In this document: positions 1 through 12,608 of the stretch, piece by piece
Numbering within the stretch: the stretch's first letter is position 1
Layout: every line of letters begins with the position of its first letter
Assembly (NCBI GenBank): GCA_964016885.1
Contig: OZ024744.1
Span: 26,536,001-26,600,000, forward strand
Direction of reading: 5' to 3'
DNA: 64,000 nt
DNA from: Eledone cirrhosa
Taxonomy: Eukaryota
Notes under the pieces: generated by a model
Told to the model about the DNA's origin: nothing
The model's database searches: none
The model's input: only the letters and a program-made list of their open reading frames with translations
Program-made: the position numbers and the translations under genes

Positions 1-239
<239 letters not shown>

Positions 240-1731
240 TTGGGAAGAGTGAGAAGGAGTTGGATGTGCTTGTTGACACTGTCCGTATTTTCAGCAATGA
301 TATATGTATGCAATTTGGTATTAGTAAGTGTGGAGTCCTTGTGATGAAGAGGGGTAAATTGAGCTGAAGCAACGGAATTCAGGTACCAACAGGTGAGATG
401 ATAAAAGAAATTGACACTGAAGAAGGATACACATATTTAGGTGTTCTGGAGGCAGATGACATCAAGAACAAAGAAATGAAGGAATTGATAAAATCTGAAT
501 ACATTCGGAGAGTAAGGAGCGTATTAAAGTCACATCTGAACAGTAGGAATGCCATAAGGGCAATAAATTCCCGAGCTGTGTCTATTATCAGGTACAGTGC
601 GGGATTTCTGAGATGGAATGTTGCTGAACAAAAAGAAATGGATAGGAAGACTAGGAAGCTATTGACTATCTACAACATGTTCCACAAGAGGAGTGATGTC
701 GATAGACTCTACTTAAGGAGATCTGAAGGTGGAAGAGGTCTTATCAGCATAGAGGACTGTGTTCAGATGGAGAAAAACAACCTACACAAATACGTGACTG
801 ACAGTAGGGAGCCAATGTTCAGAATTGTACTGAAGGAGAGGACAATAGACCAGGGGATGTCCAAGGAGGAAATAACATCAAGGATAAAGAGCAAACTTCA
901 TGAAAAATCCCTTCATAGTACCTTCTTTGAGAAAACTGAATTCAGAGATCCACAGACATGGATCTGGTTGAAAAGAGGAGACCTTCAAAAGGCTACAGAA
1001 GAAATGCTAATGGCTGCGCAAGAGCAGGCCCTCAAACAAAAGTGGCTGAAACACCATATTTACAAGGGGGAGGCTAGCCCACTGTGTAGGATCTGTGGAG
1101 AGAGAGAGGAGACTGTGGCTCACATTGTATCAGAGTGTAAACACATAGCCCAGACTCATTATAAAGGCTGGAGACATGATGTGATGGGCAGGGTGATCCA
1201 CTGGCACCTATGCAATGTAAACAATTTACCACATTCTGAGAAATGGTATGAGCATAGGCCAGAGGCGGTGATTGAGAACAGTCAGGTGAAGGTGCTGTGG
1301 GATTTTAGGATACAGACGGACAAAAAACTGGAACACAATAGACCTGACCTGGTGGTTGTGGACAAAGAAAAAAGATCGTGCCTGATTGTGGATGTGGCCT
1401 GCCCGTTCGACACGAGAGTGCAAGAGAAGGAGAGGGAGAAAATTAACCGATACCAGGACCTAAAGTGGGAGGTGAAAAGGATTTGGAACTGCCATGAAGT
1501 CAAAGTGATCCCGATTGTCATAGGCGCACTGGGGACTATCTCCAAAGGTTTCCAGGGATGGTTAAAGAAAATCGGCCCCTCCACGCTTTTTGGAACGCTT
1601 CAAAAGGCATGCTTGCTTGGAACGGCAAGAACCCTCCGATACGTCCTGAATATCTGAGGCTGCAGGTAGTGGCTTGATATTCAATCCAACGGACTTTCCA
1701 GTTAACCAACATCAATGACTGAGATTCAAGG
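240..1731 (+). mobile_element. Dong/R4-like RLE non-LTR retrotransposon, family 1, 5'-truncated copy
   Basis: ORF 398-1657 has the RT thumb, a CCHC knuckle (CRICGEREETVAHIVSEC), RHD and a PD-(D/E)xK nuclease (RPDLVVVDKEKRSCLIVDVACP). The short 3'UTR ends gactgagattcaagg followed by (AAC/AAT)n. Near-identical to the copies at 28453, 32005 and 44424. Confidence 0.92.
398..1657 (+). pseudogene. C-terminal RT thumb/CCHC/restriction-like endonuclease portion of the Dong/R4-like ORF
   Basis: 419-aa open frame with CCHC and RPD..D motifs. The upstream frame has a stop at about 365 and is truncated at the microsatellite. Confidence 0.88.
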
Positions 1732-2020
1732 AATAACAATAACAATAATAATAATAATAATATTAATTAGGTTTTCTTTATTAACCACAAGGGTTTACAT
1801 AAAGTAGACATTAAGGACAGTACAGGACAATACAGGACGGTACAAATGGGCATTTCTGCATGTAAAAGACAAAAAAGAGGATATAACAAAAAAATAACAA
1901 TGAAAAATTCCCCAATAGGGGGGAGACTTCGAAGGGACATTTGTGGAGAAAGCCCAGTAAAAGGCCACAGTGACCCTGACCACCAGGTCAATTGTCCTCT
2001 TCCAGTTTTCCACCTTTAAT

Positions 2021-5000
2021 TTACAGACACATACTCAGAGTAGGCCCATTCACTCGGGCCATTCTTGCTTCTCTCACCCATCTTTCAACAAAATGCTGAG
2101 AAGAGAGCACTTCCCTCTCTACCCTGATTTTCCTTTTCAAATGAAATTTGAAAAAGTTAATCAGGGCATCACCGAAGAGGTAAGTGCTCGTCTTCAGCCC
2201 TTTCAAACGTGTCCACCATACTATCTCTTTCGCCATGGCCACCAGACAGATAAAAACTGCCTGCCCTTCCCGGCTAAAGGAGGAGGGCGGGGCAATCCTC
2301 ACAATGGACCCAGATGATAGCTGGATCCGTCCTACACGCGACAGCAGGTGTTCGACATAAACCCACAAGTCAGAAATACTCGGACACTGGACGAGTGCGT
2401 TCAGGACGGTTTCGTCGCCCTGCGCGCATCTCGGACATGCCCGACTGACGGCACTTCCATGCCTGTAGAGTTTATCCCGAACTGGCAAGGTTCCTCGGTA
2501 GCACTGCCAGGCAGGAGATTTCTGGAAGTTGTCCATAAGCCCTGGCCCGAAAGTTCTTCCGAAGAGATTGGCTAGTTGATTTTCGTCGACGCCTAGAGTT
2601 TCCCCAAGTACGTCGTCGCTCTTCCCCTCCACTAATCCTCTATAGAACGCCGAGGTGGAGTTTCCACCGATCACATTGCCCGATTGGTCGAGGGCTGTGA
2701 GCGCCTGAAGACATTCCAGTCTCCAGGCGCTCCCTCTCAGTCTTGGCTGGCTTGACCCATGACTGCAGCTCCGTCAAGGAAACGAGCTGGGGAAATACGT
2801 GTCTAGCAAACGGCGACCACACCTGATCACCGTCGAGGAAGAGGTGGAGATGTCGTAGCCTGAGCGCGTGCCTGCGCATCATCAGCCACGGCATGCCCAG
2901 CCCTCCACGTAGCGGGTGTTGACAACAGATGGACCGCCTGACCATCGGAGCGCGTCCCTTCCACAAAAAGCGAAAGAGCAAACGCTCCAGTGCAGTCAGT
3001 CGACCTTTCAGGGATAGCTTCCTCTCAGCCCATTTCTGGGTGAGAGAAGCCACCCTGCTCGTCACCTCGTTCCAGGTTTTGTCCGTCTGGAGGTCCGGAC
3101 CGAACTAGACCCCTAGCAATTTAACCGGTCCGTCCGTCCAGCGTCCGAAGACGCTGTTGGACGGCATGGACTTGCCTCTCCAGGTGCCGAGCTGAAGGCC
3201 CACTGACTTTTCCTGGTTGATCATTGCTCCTGTCACCGCTTCGTATTCTCTTAGTGTAGTGCCGATCGCCTCGATGTATTTGGCTTTTGGCACCACTATG
3301 GTGACGTCGTCCGCATATGCTGACACGGATCTTCCGCATCCTAGTTCGCGCGGGACGGCTCTCGACGTTCCCAGTTTGTGCAGTAATGGCTCGAGAGTCA
3401 ATACGTACAAGAGGGACGAGGGGGACCATCCTTTGAGGACCGAGCGCATGGTTTTGAACAGTTCCGAAAGGTGACCATTCACTCTCACCACAGAGCAGAT
3501 GTCGCTGTGCATAGCAGTGATCCAGCCTCTGAAGACGGGCCCAAAGCCAGCCGCCCTCAGGACTGCCGCTAGGTAACGATGGTCGACCCAATCGAAAGCT
3601 TTCGACTGATCTAAATTGATCAAGGACCCACCCGTGCCAGGTTCCCTAGCTACCCTCTCTACGATGTATCGCATGAGGTGGAGGTTGTCGTGGATGGATC
3701 TCTCGGGAATGGAGCATATCTGCGCCTCTCCCACCAGACCACCAACGACAAGCGCCAATCTCTTTGCTAGCACCTTGGCCAAAATCCTGAACTCTGTGTT
3801 TAGCAGAGTTATGGGCCTGACATTATCTATATTATCCCCCTTGTTCGGATCCTTTCTGAGCAGTGCCACCGCTCCTCGGCTCACAGAACTGGGAATTCTC
3901 CCGTTCTGTTGCCAGTTGCAGTAGTCGTCCGCCAAGAGGCCTCCGAACAAGTCTGGCATCTGTACGTAAAGTTCATAGGGCAGACCATCCAAACCAGGCG
4001 ATTTACCTCTTTTGCAGCCAGTCATTTCCTCCCTTACTTCAGCGGCTGTTATCGGCTTTTCGCAGTGGCCGAGAGCCGCGGCAGTCCGTCGAGGTACACA
4101 CTAAAGTACATCCCTCGACCCGGCCCACCGCCGCCCCCGAACAGCTGAGTGAAGTGTCGCTGAAAAGCTTCACACATTTTCCCGGGATAGAGTAGCATGC
4201 GCCCTTCGTGGTCCATCAAAGACCGGATCGTGGCTTTGTTGCCACGACGCGCCTCCGCCACTCGGGCCCATTGAACGGCTTTCGTCCCCTCGTGTCTGAG
4301 AGCACGCACCCTAGCTCTGACAACGCAGCCTTCATGCTTTGCATTGAAGAATTGGTCAAGGGCCAATTTCGACGCAAGTACGTCGGTCGCGATGCCTTTG
4401 CAAAGCGCCTCGTCTAATTTTCTAACTAATTCTCCCTCTGCTCTATTTTTCTCTATTGCTAAAGCCTTACTAAATCTAATGGACTCTATTCTAATTACTC
4501 TTTTCAGAGCAAACCACCACTTGTTGTTGACGATGGCCCTCGTCAACGCCCGCTTAACTAGTTCACTAATCCGGTCTCTGTAGGCCTTGCGCGCTGGTAA
4601 GGACGCGTTTAGCTTCCAGTAGCCGGGTCCTCGTCTATGAAGCCTATCTAATCAACCACACAGATCACGAATTTGTGGTCCGTGTAGGTGAGTGTCTTGA
4701 ATTGTGGACAGCCTATGCTAGACCTCTCTATTTCCCTACAAAATACTCTATCTAGATATGATCTGGATGAACCGATGCGATTTGTCCAAGTCCACATTGG
4801 CACATTCGGGAAATCCAATCGGTACCTGTCAGACAGTTCAACACGCCTGAGCAGGTTGGTGAGGCTCTTGCACCCTCCTCCCCTATCCGCTAATTCCACA
4901 CAGTCCCAGCGTGCATTTAAGATCCCGTTCCAGTCACCCACTAACACTAAAGAGCGGGACGTTCCAAGATAGGTCTCCAGACGCGGGAAGAAATCAGGCC

Positions 5001-5355
5001 GACCTGCTCCTGTTGGGGCATAGACGGCCACTAGCCTGAAAGTTTGCCCGTCTCCGCTGGTCACGTCTAGCACCACCAACTTACCTTCTGGGTCCAGGGC
5101 GATGGCCCGTATGGCGAGATCCAAACCTCTCCGAAAAAGCACAGCAACTCCTCTTCCCGATCCCGGACGGCTGGGAGATGCGTACACATCGTAGCCGCCG
5201 AAAATCGGTGCGAAGGCCCGTGCTTCGGAGATTCTGGTCTCGCTGATGGCTACTACATCTATGTTTAGTGACCTGAGCTCGTTGAGCAGGTGGCCCAGCT
5301 TCCATGACGACCCCAAATCACGCGCATTTATGCTGCCTATTCTGAGTGAGGTCAT
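2021..5355 (-). pseudogene. Tx1 ORF2 (APE endonuclease-RT-C-terminal Zn finger), frameshifted
   Basis: Fragments 4648-5355, 4049-4546, 3105-4025, 2640-3065 and 2021-2674 are collinear with ORF 23913-26168. C-terminal CPRC..DETV motif. Confidence 0.9.
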
Positions 5356-5389
5356 GTTGAAATGGAGTGGAAAAGATGGGAAAGACCAC

Positions 5390-7506
5390 TTACCTTACTT
5401 CTCGTAGAGGAAGGATGGTTTGTCCATCCTTTTCACTACTTGTGGCCTCCTCCGGAAGGATGTCCTTATAAATCCTCCTGGAGAGTGTTTGTCGGAAGTC
5501 TCCGATGTCTTTGGGGAATTTTTGATTTAGTGTACGTTTTCTGTGTGATGCGAGTGATTTGTATGTGTGAAGGTGGTGTGAACTTTTGGGTTGTTGTGTA
5601 GTCTTTTTCTGTGATGCTGGTGTTGTGTTGCATGTAGTGTAATAATTGGTTGTTGTTCAAATTTAATTGTTTCTACTTTTAGGCACAAGGCCAGCAATTA
5701 CCCAGTTCATTACTGGTACTTTATTTTATCGACCTCGTAAGGATGAAAGGCAAAGTCAACCTCGGCGAGATTTGAACTCAGATCGTAAAGGGACGTAACT
5801 ATGCTGGAAATCATGGCGTCCGACCCCCTACCGATACTACCAATCCACCGCCCGGTTGTTGTTCAAATTTAATGCTGTGTAGCGTGTATCGTTTTGGTTG
5901 TTTTGTTTTGTTTGCGTTTATTGTGGGTTTGTTTCTGTTACGCTTTTTGTTGACTCTTGTGGTGTTGGTGATGGTGGTGTTGGGGTTAATGATGGTGATG
6001 GTGTTGGTGTTTGTGGTGATGGGGTTGGTGATGCTGGTGTGGATTGTGGCATATCTGTCCTAACTTTTTTGTTTGATAATTTATTTGTTTCCTCCTGTAT
6101 TTTGTTTTTGGAGCGAGAGGGGAGAGATTTTCTTCTTTTTTCCTGATACCGTTTCCCACTCCTCGTCGTCACAATATGTCTCCAGTTACGATAGGTCGGG
6201 GAGTGGAAAATCCTCCACAGGCGTTGGTTTTGGTTGTGTCGTGGTGGATGGTGTAGGAGCTGGTGCTAGTTCTGGCGCGTTGGGTGGTGGTGGTGTTGGT
6301 TTTGCTACTGTTGCTGGGGTTGTTGCTGTTACAGTTGCTTCTGTTGTTGCTGCTACAGTTGTTGCTGCTGGTGGTGTTGATGGTTGAGTCACTGGGGTGG
6401 GTAAATGAGGTGGCCTGAACCTTTTAGCCTGAGGGCAGAAAGCCCTTAAGTGGGTTCCTTCACCACAAACGACACACCTAGGCCTTCTGCCCTCGGCGAT
6501 TACGGTGAGGTGGCTGCCGTCAGTGAGGTCTATTACCCCTGGGATCTCCTCAATGATTTTATGGTCCGCTTGGATCAGGAGCTCCATCCCAGATCCGGAC
6601 CAGTACTCCTGCTTTTCTTTCGCTATTTCGATTATCTTGGTGTTGGCCTCGATGCCGGTGAGGACGGCAGCCATTAGCCAGGGAATTTCGATGGTCGGTG
6701 GAACGTGGGTCACCCTGATCTTCACTAGTCTCTGGCCACAATAGCTTGGGACGAGTGTGAAGTCGTCACTTCTTAATGGGGCCATGAAGTGTTCTCTGGC
6801 CTCATGTGGTGTTTCAAAGAACACGTCCACGGTTCCATATTTCTGCCCACGTCTGATGTGGGTTTTTTTTGCCCACACATGTCCCAAAGATTTTTGGAAT
6901 TGGGGCTTGGATGCCCGTTCCACTCGGCGCGATTTTATGTTAATTTTCCGATAAGACACGGTGCATAGGCGACGATGCTCCATTTTATTAGGTGTGTGTG
7001 GGGTTGGGGGAGGCTGACCCTGTACCCATCTTTCTTTACCATTATTTTGGCTTCTCCTAATTCCTCCTGAGTTACCTGGATCGCTTTGCACTGTTTTGCT
7101 ACTCTGGCAAAACTCAGGGTGGTTTTCTTAATTTCATTGTTGCTGTTGTTGTTATTGTTATTTTTGTTATTGTTAATTTTAGTTTCAGTTGTGGTGGTGG
7201 TGGCGTCAGTGGTGTTCGGTGTGGAAGAGTTCATTTTGGTTGAATTCATTTCGATATCACGAGTTAATTTATTTTTTTCTTTTGTTTCTGTTGTCGCTGT
7301 GGTGGTGGTGGTGGTAGGGGAGGGGCGGTGTCGGCTTTAACACCTGCAGTCATTGGTAATGGCGGGAAATAAATGTCTGGCTGAGACAAATTAAAAATAT
7401 TGCTACTGATTATATTTTTAGTGTTGGCAAACGTAGCAATATTTACAATGGTGGTGCCGTTGTGAGGTATTAGTTTGTGAGGAAGGTGTGACTCTGAGCC
7501 GGCCAT
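5390..7506 (-). pseudogene. Tx1 ORF1 region (upstream Thr/Asn-rich ORF plus RRM-like/CCHC gag-like ORF), interrupted by a SINE
   Basis: ORFs 7264-7506, 6935-7249, 6186-7091 and 5918-6172 match 27609-28199 and 26203-27651 of copy C. Confidence 0.82.
5668..5853 (-). mobile_element. Full-length tRNA-derived SINE with a 20-bp target-site duplication
   Basis: On -: A-box-like tggtagtatcgg, B-box-like gagttcaaatc, body gcctttcatccttacgaggtcgataaaataaagtaccag. TSD ggttgttgttcaaatttaat at 5648-5667 and 5854-5873. The homologous site in Tx1 copy C (about 26466-26482) is empty. Confidence 0.92.
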
Positions 7507-7744
7507 GATTTTTCAAAGAAATTTTTTTTTTTTATAATTTTAAAAGTTTAAATTTTAGGCTCAAAGGCCCAATATTTTTGAGTGCCCTTTTCAGAAAACA
7601 ATGTATGTGCACTTATATACAGTTAACAATAAACAATTTCCATAAATGGCAATTTTAAACAAACGAAAACAACAAACATTTGACAAGCTCACGATGATAC
7701 GATTTACTACGTAGGTCACCAATAATAATAACAATAATAATAAT

Positions 7745-8991
7745 GATTTCATTTATTAGCCACAAGGGCCGACATGTAGGAGACAATACAAAGACAGGGA
7801 CAGTGGGGGTTTACAATAAGGTCAAGTAAAAGTGCACAATAACAAGACTAATTTAACAATGAAGATATAAAAATATAAAATAAACTATGCATAAATATAA
7901 CAAATTAAATTCCCCTATAGAGGATGGACGACCCTGGGGTGACTCAGGTACCCCACCAATCCTGAACGACCGTGCGCTTCTAGGGCACCCAGGGAGAGCA
8001 CTCCTCTTCTCACATTAGCTAGCCTATAGGCGCATGGTCAGAGTAGACCCATTCACACGGGCCATTCTCGCCACATTCATCTACCTTTTAGCAAATGTAC
8101 AGGAGGACAGCACTTCTCTCTCCACCCTCACCTTCCTTTCCTGGTGAAACTTGTAGAAGTTGATGATGGATTGGTGGAAGAGAGCAGTGTCTGTCTTCAG
8201 TCCTTTTAATCTGATCCACCATATACCCTCTTTCGCAACTGCCACCAGACAGAGGAAAATTGCCTGCTCTTCCTCACCAAAGAAAGTCGGCGGGTCGATC
8301 TTCACTATGGACTCGGCCGATAGACGGATCCGTTCTACACGCGACAGCAGGGTTCGACATAACTCCACAAGTCAGTAATTCACAGACATTGGACAGGTGC
8401 GTGCAGAACGGTTTCGTGACTCTGTGCGCATCTTGGGCAGGTCCGTCTGACAGCACTTCCGCGTGCCTGTAGAGTTTATCCCGAACCGGCAGTGACCCCC
8501 GGTAGCACTGCCAACCGGGGTATTTCTGGAAATTGTCCATCGTTCCCGGCTCGAAAGTCCTCCGGAACAGACTGGTCAGTTCGACTTCATCGAGGCCCAA
8601 AGCTTCTCCGAGTGCGTCATCGCACTTGCCCACCACTAATCCTCTATAGAACTCGAGAGTGGTAGTTCCACTGACCGCATTACCCGCTTGGTAGAGGGCA
8701 GTGAGTGCCTGGCAACATTCCAGGTGCCAGTCACCCAGTCTCGGGGTCTTCTTGATCCAGGAATGCAGCTCAGTCAAAGAAACGAGCTGCGGAATGGCCC
8801 GTCTGACTAACGGCGACCACACCTGTTCACCGTTTAGGAAGAATATCTGGAGATGTTGCAGCTTCAGCCCATGTCTGCGCATCATTAGCCACGGCATGCC
8901 CAGCCCTCCGCGTAGAAGGTGTTGGCAGCAGATGGACCGCCTCACCAACGTGACTTGTCCTCTGCACAAACATTTCAAGAGAAGCCGTTCC
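7745..8991 (-). mobile_element. Tx1-like LINE 3' fragment (copy B, diverged subfamily)
   Basis: ORFs 8274-8978 and 8081-8368 are homologous to the ORF2 C-terminus (GGLGMPWL, WWIRLKGLK). Same 3' tail motif ccacaaggg. Flanked by (AAT)n on both sides. Confidence 0.88.
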
Positions 8992-9003
8992 TAATAATAA
9001 TAA

Positions 9004-9081
9004 TTGTTTCTACTTGTGTACTTTTGGCACAAGGCCATCAATTACCCAGTGAATTACTGGTACTTTATTTTATCGACCCCC
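9004..9081 (-). mobile_element. SINE 3' fragment (same family as 5668-5853)
   Basis: ttgtttctac...ggcacaaggcc...ctggtactttattttatcgacccc lying between (AAT)n tracts. Confidence 0.85.
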
Positions 9082-9110
9082 AATAATAATAATAATAATA
9101 ATAATAATAA

Positions 9111-9240
9111 TTGTTTCTATTTTAGGCACAAGGCCAGCAATTACTCAGTACATTACTGGTACTTTATTTTATCGACCCCGTAAGGATGAAAGGCAAAGTT
9201 AACCTCGGCGGGATTTTAACTCAGATCATAAAGGGACGTA
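9111..9240 (-). mobile_element. 5'-truncated SINE (same family)
   Basis: Collinear with 5668-5798. Flanked by (AAT)n at 9082-9110 and 9240-9249. Confidence 0.88.
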
Positions 9241-9288
9241 AATAATAATCAAGGACGATTAGTTAAGCCTTGATGACGTGCATTGATT

Positions 9289-9373
9289 GGTGACGCGTGT
9301 TTCGCTATTGACCAGCTCAAGGTTTGATCTGTATTGATCTGGCCCGACTCTGGAATCAAAAGCTCGCCAGACC
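9289..9373 (-). ncRNA. Degenerate minimal hammerhead ribozyme motif with long stem II (repeat family also at 46224 and 59124)
   Basis: On -: ggt CTGGCGA gct...agc GAAA cacgcg TC acc. One core deviation from CUGANGA. Confidence 0.5.
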
Positions 9374-9540
9374 TCTGCTATTGTAATGACAGAATGAACA
9401 TATAAAGCATAGAAATGTCTAACATTTCGTGTTTATATGGTGGTCAGATTATGTTGTTTTTATTGCTGGGTTACCTATGAGGAATGTTATAGCATGAGTG
9501 ATAGGTGGGGCGGGTGAGTATAGTTACGAGGTAGTGGTGA

Positions 9541-11440
9541 GGAGCGTTACACTCTCTGACCGAATCATTCCTCCCAAGAACTCCGAGGATAAATCTCAAG
9601 GACCACAAAAACAATTTTCGTACTGAACTACCTGTTAGATTAATCGCCCCCTCTAAATCAGATCTGGGGGTTGTTAGCAAAGCCATCTTGGATAGAATTA
9701 TCCCACAGGTTCGTTCTAATTGCTCTTCTTTGAACTTAAATTTATGGTTTGGTACTTCTGAAGTGATTGGCTGGTTCAACAAATTGAATAATAAAAACAA
9801 ACTAAAATGTATTCAATTTGATATTGCTAGCTACTATTCTTCTATTTCGCCCTCACTTCTCAACAATGTTCTATCTTTCGCTTACAAATATTCAGACATC
9901 ACCACAGATGAACTTCACATCATTCTCACCGCACGTAAAACCATCCTAGAGTTCAACAATGAATATTGGACCAGAGCTGATACCTCTAACAACTTTGACA
10001 TCACAATGAGAGCATCCGATTCATCCCAATTGACAGATTTAATTGGTATCTTTATTTTGAACTCTTTGAGTCGGAAAATTCCTCAACTTCGCGGTGGAAT
10101 TTATCGTTACGATGGACTCTTTACTATCTTAAATTGCAACATAGTTAACCTTAATATTATTAAGAACAATATACGTAATCTCTTTAACCAACATAACTTA
10201 AAAATTGAATTTGATAACAGTATCAAACTAGCTAATTTCTTGGATGTATCTCTTAATCTTGACACTGGCCTATATTACCCTTACCATAAAAACAATGAGA
10301 ACCTAAATTATGTTAATTTTAAATCTAACCACCCCACTAATATTAAGAATGCTATACTTAGTAATATTGGAAAAAGAATGTCTAACCTATCTTCTAATAA
10401 AAACATCTTTGATGCTAACGCCAATTACTATAATAACGCGCTTTCTAAAGCCGGTTATCCTGATAAAATCAAATATAGTAAAGAAACAAATTCTAGAAGA
10501 TCTTACAGTAGAATAATTAATCATGATCATTCCAATAACTTTAATAAAAGACCTAGATACAAAAACATTATCTGGTATAATGCTCCTTTCTCCATCTCTA
10601 TTAATAATAATATTCCTAAATTATTCTTTAGTGCCTTAAATAAATGCTTCCCTCCCTCACATATCTATAGTAAAATATTTAACAAACACACTATAAAATT
10701 TTCCTATTCGACCTCCTCCAACATCTCCAACATTATCTCTAAACACAACAATAAAATACTAAATACTAAATCTCTTCCTTCCAACACTGAATATCATAAT
10801 AATAGTAATAGTACTCCCGACGTCATTGTTAACTCTAGGCTAATTTCTACAAACCCAAATACAACGTCAAACGCAACTTCGCTAAATGTTCTTAATCCCA
10901 TTCTAAATCAAGAAACTAGTATTCCTATCGTAAATAACTTCTCCAATCCAATTCATTCTATAGATAGCACTAGATCACTTGTTAATAACTCTGTTAATCT
11001 CTCTAATCGCAATTGCAATTGCTCTGTTAAAAATAAATGTCCTCTCAACAACCATTGTCTTGAAAAAAACTTAATCTACGAATGTAAAGTTATAACTGAC
11101 ACCAATTCCTTCACCTATTTTGGCTCCACTTCCACCTCCTTTAAAGCTCGTCTTTATAATCATCATTCGTCTTTTAAATACCAACTTAAAAGAACCAACA
11201 CGGCACTCTCAGAACTCATATGGTCCTTGAAAGACAAAAATATTAACTATAACATCTCTTGGAAAAAGGTTCCTTCTGCTTCCGCATAATTGAACAATTC
11301 TCTATCCAAGACATGCAATCTCTGTTTAAGTGAAAAATTTACCATTATATCTAATTTAAATTCTATAATAAATAGACGCACTGACTTGTTTTCTCTCTGC
11401 TTGCATAAATTCTACAGAACATTCCATAAAGTATACAGCT
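9541..11440 (+). mobile_element. Penelope-like element 1 (RT + Cys linker + GIY-YIG), 5'-truncated
   Basis: Frame open from 9541 (LKDHK..RLIAP), FDIASYYSSI, decayed catalytic IYRYDG, NFLDV, CNC..CPL..CL, LIYECKV..YFGST..FKARLYNH. Stop at 11287, after which CNLC and CLH continue in frame. Confidence 0.9.
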
Positions 11441-11954
11441 AATATCTAATACACTATCAATTTAAAATCATTTTCTCAAAGGCACATATATATATATACA
11501 TATATATCTCTTTAAAAATATACCCATCTTTCTACCTTATTTCAAAGTTATTTATTATACATTATATAATACTAGTTACTCATTCTATATCACTCCTATT
11601 TATCACTTCCCTTTCTTTCTTTTTTCCTTTTCTTTTCTTTTTTTCTTTTTCTTTTAATTTCTAACCCCTAATCTGTACCTTTTCTTCCTAGATACTTCTC
11701 AATTATCATTGTGCCTAACGTAGAAACAATTATTTCACAGCACAATATATTCTTACTTTATATCACATTGAAAAAATCCTTCGTAAACATAAACATTTTT
11801 TTGACGTTAGATTATTCATCCTCAATTCATTATTTTTCTCTCCCTTTCATGCTCATCTAACTCATACATATTACACTTATTCATCCTATCTTCAACTTCT
11901 TTCACAATATATCCTTACTTACATTACTATTGCTATATTTTTATATTTTTTTGA

Positions 11955-12187
11955 TAATACATATCAACAATTTCTTTCCATCGCACATATTATTAAACCC
12001 TTAAATATTATTCTTAATACATATTAACATTTTCTTTCCATCGCACATATTATTAAACCCTTAAATATTATTCTTAATACATATTAACATTTTCTTTCCA
12101 TCGCACATATTATTAAACCCTTAAATATTATTCTTAATATATATTAACAATTTCTTTTCATCGCACATATTATTAAACCCTTCAATA
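11955..12187. repeat. Tandem repeat, 60-bp unit, about 4 copies
   Basis: Unit taatacatattaacattttctttccatcgcacatattattaaacccttaaatattattct repeats on consecutive 60-nt lines. Confidence 0.95.
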
Positions 12188-12537
12188 TACAAACCTTAAC
12201 TTAACATTATTTTTCTCTTCGTTAATTTTCAAATTCTTTTAATTTATATATTATCTTCCAACGGTTTTTCAACCTCTCTATGTAAAACAAAATATTTTTT
12301 CACAGTTATAAAAGCTACCTCTCTCTCTCTCTATCACCCATCTCTCCTCCTATCTCATCCTTACTCATTCTACTCCTCCCCCTCCACTTTTTACTCTCAT
12401 CTTCTCCTCTTTTTCACCCCCACCCCCCTCAAAAAATTGTTTCCCAATATCACACATCAATCTAAAACTACTTCTCATATGTTGACTTAAAACTGCACTA
12501 TTCACAAGTGTGTTTTAACCTTCATATCATGTCTCCC

Positions 12538-12608
12538 TATTTTATCTGACGAAAACGCAAATGTTATTGCATGATGATATTTGTTTTTGAAATGCGCTTA
12601 ATAAAATA
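12538..12608 (+). ncRNA. Minimal type I hammerhead ribozyme (Penelope pLTR)
   Basis: Stem I tattttat/ataaaata, CTGACGA, long stem II (gcaaatgttat/atgatatttgt), GAAA, near-palindromic tgcgct, UA cleavage after 12600. Confidence 0.75.

Larger units (their letters stand above)
1770..7720 (-). mobile_element. Tx1/L1-clade LINE, near full-length degenerate copy A
   Basis: APE start MTSLRIGSINAR (5355) with GDWN, YLDR and TDH motifs; RT motifs SPGLDGL, LDQSKAFD and YADD; ORF1 zinc knuckle CVVCGEGTHLRAFC. The 5' end ggtgacctacgtag is shared with copy C. Both ends abut (AAT)n. Several frameshifts and a deletion of about 75 bp near 3001. Confidence 0.93.

Noticed and set aside
5770-5853. tRNA gene (also 58813-58865)
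   Set aside because: A/B-box-like motifs only, no complete cloverleaf. These are SINE heads.
11287-11289. Selenocysteine or read-through in the Penelope ORF
   Set aside because: The stop is TAA, not TGA, and the RT catalytic motif is also decayed. Ordinary mutation.
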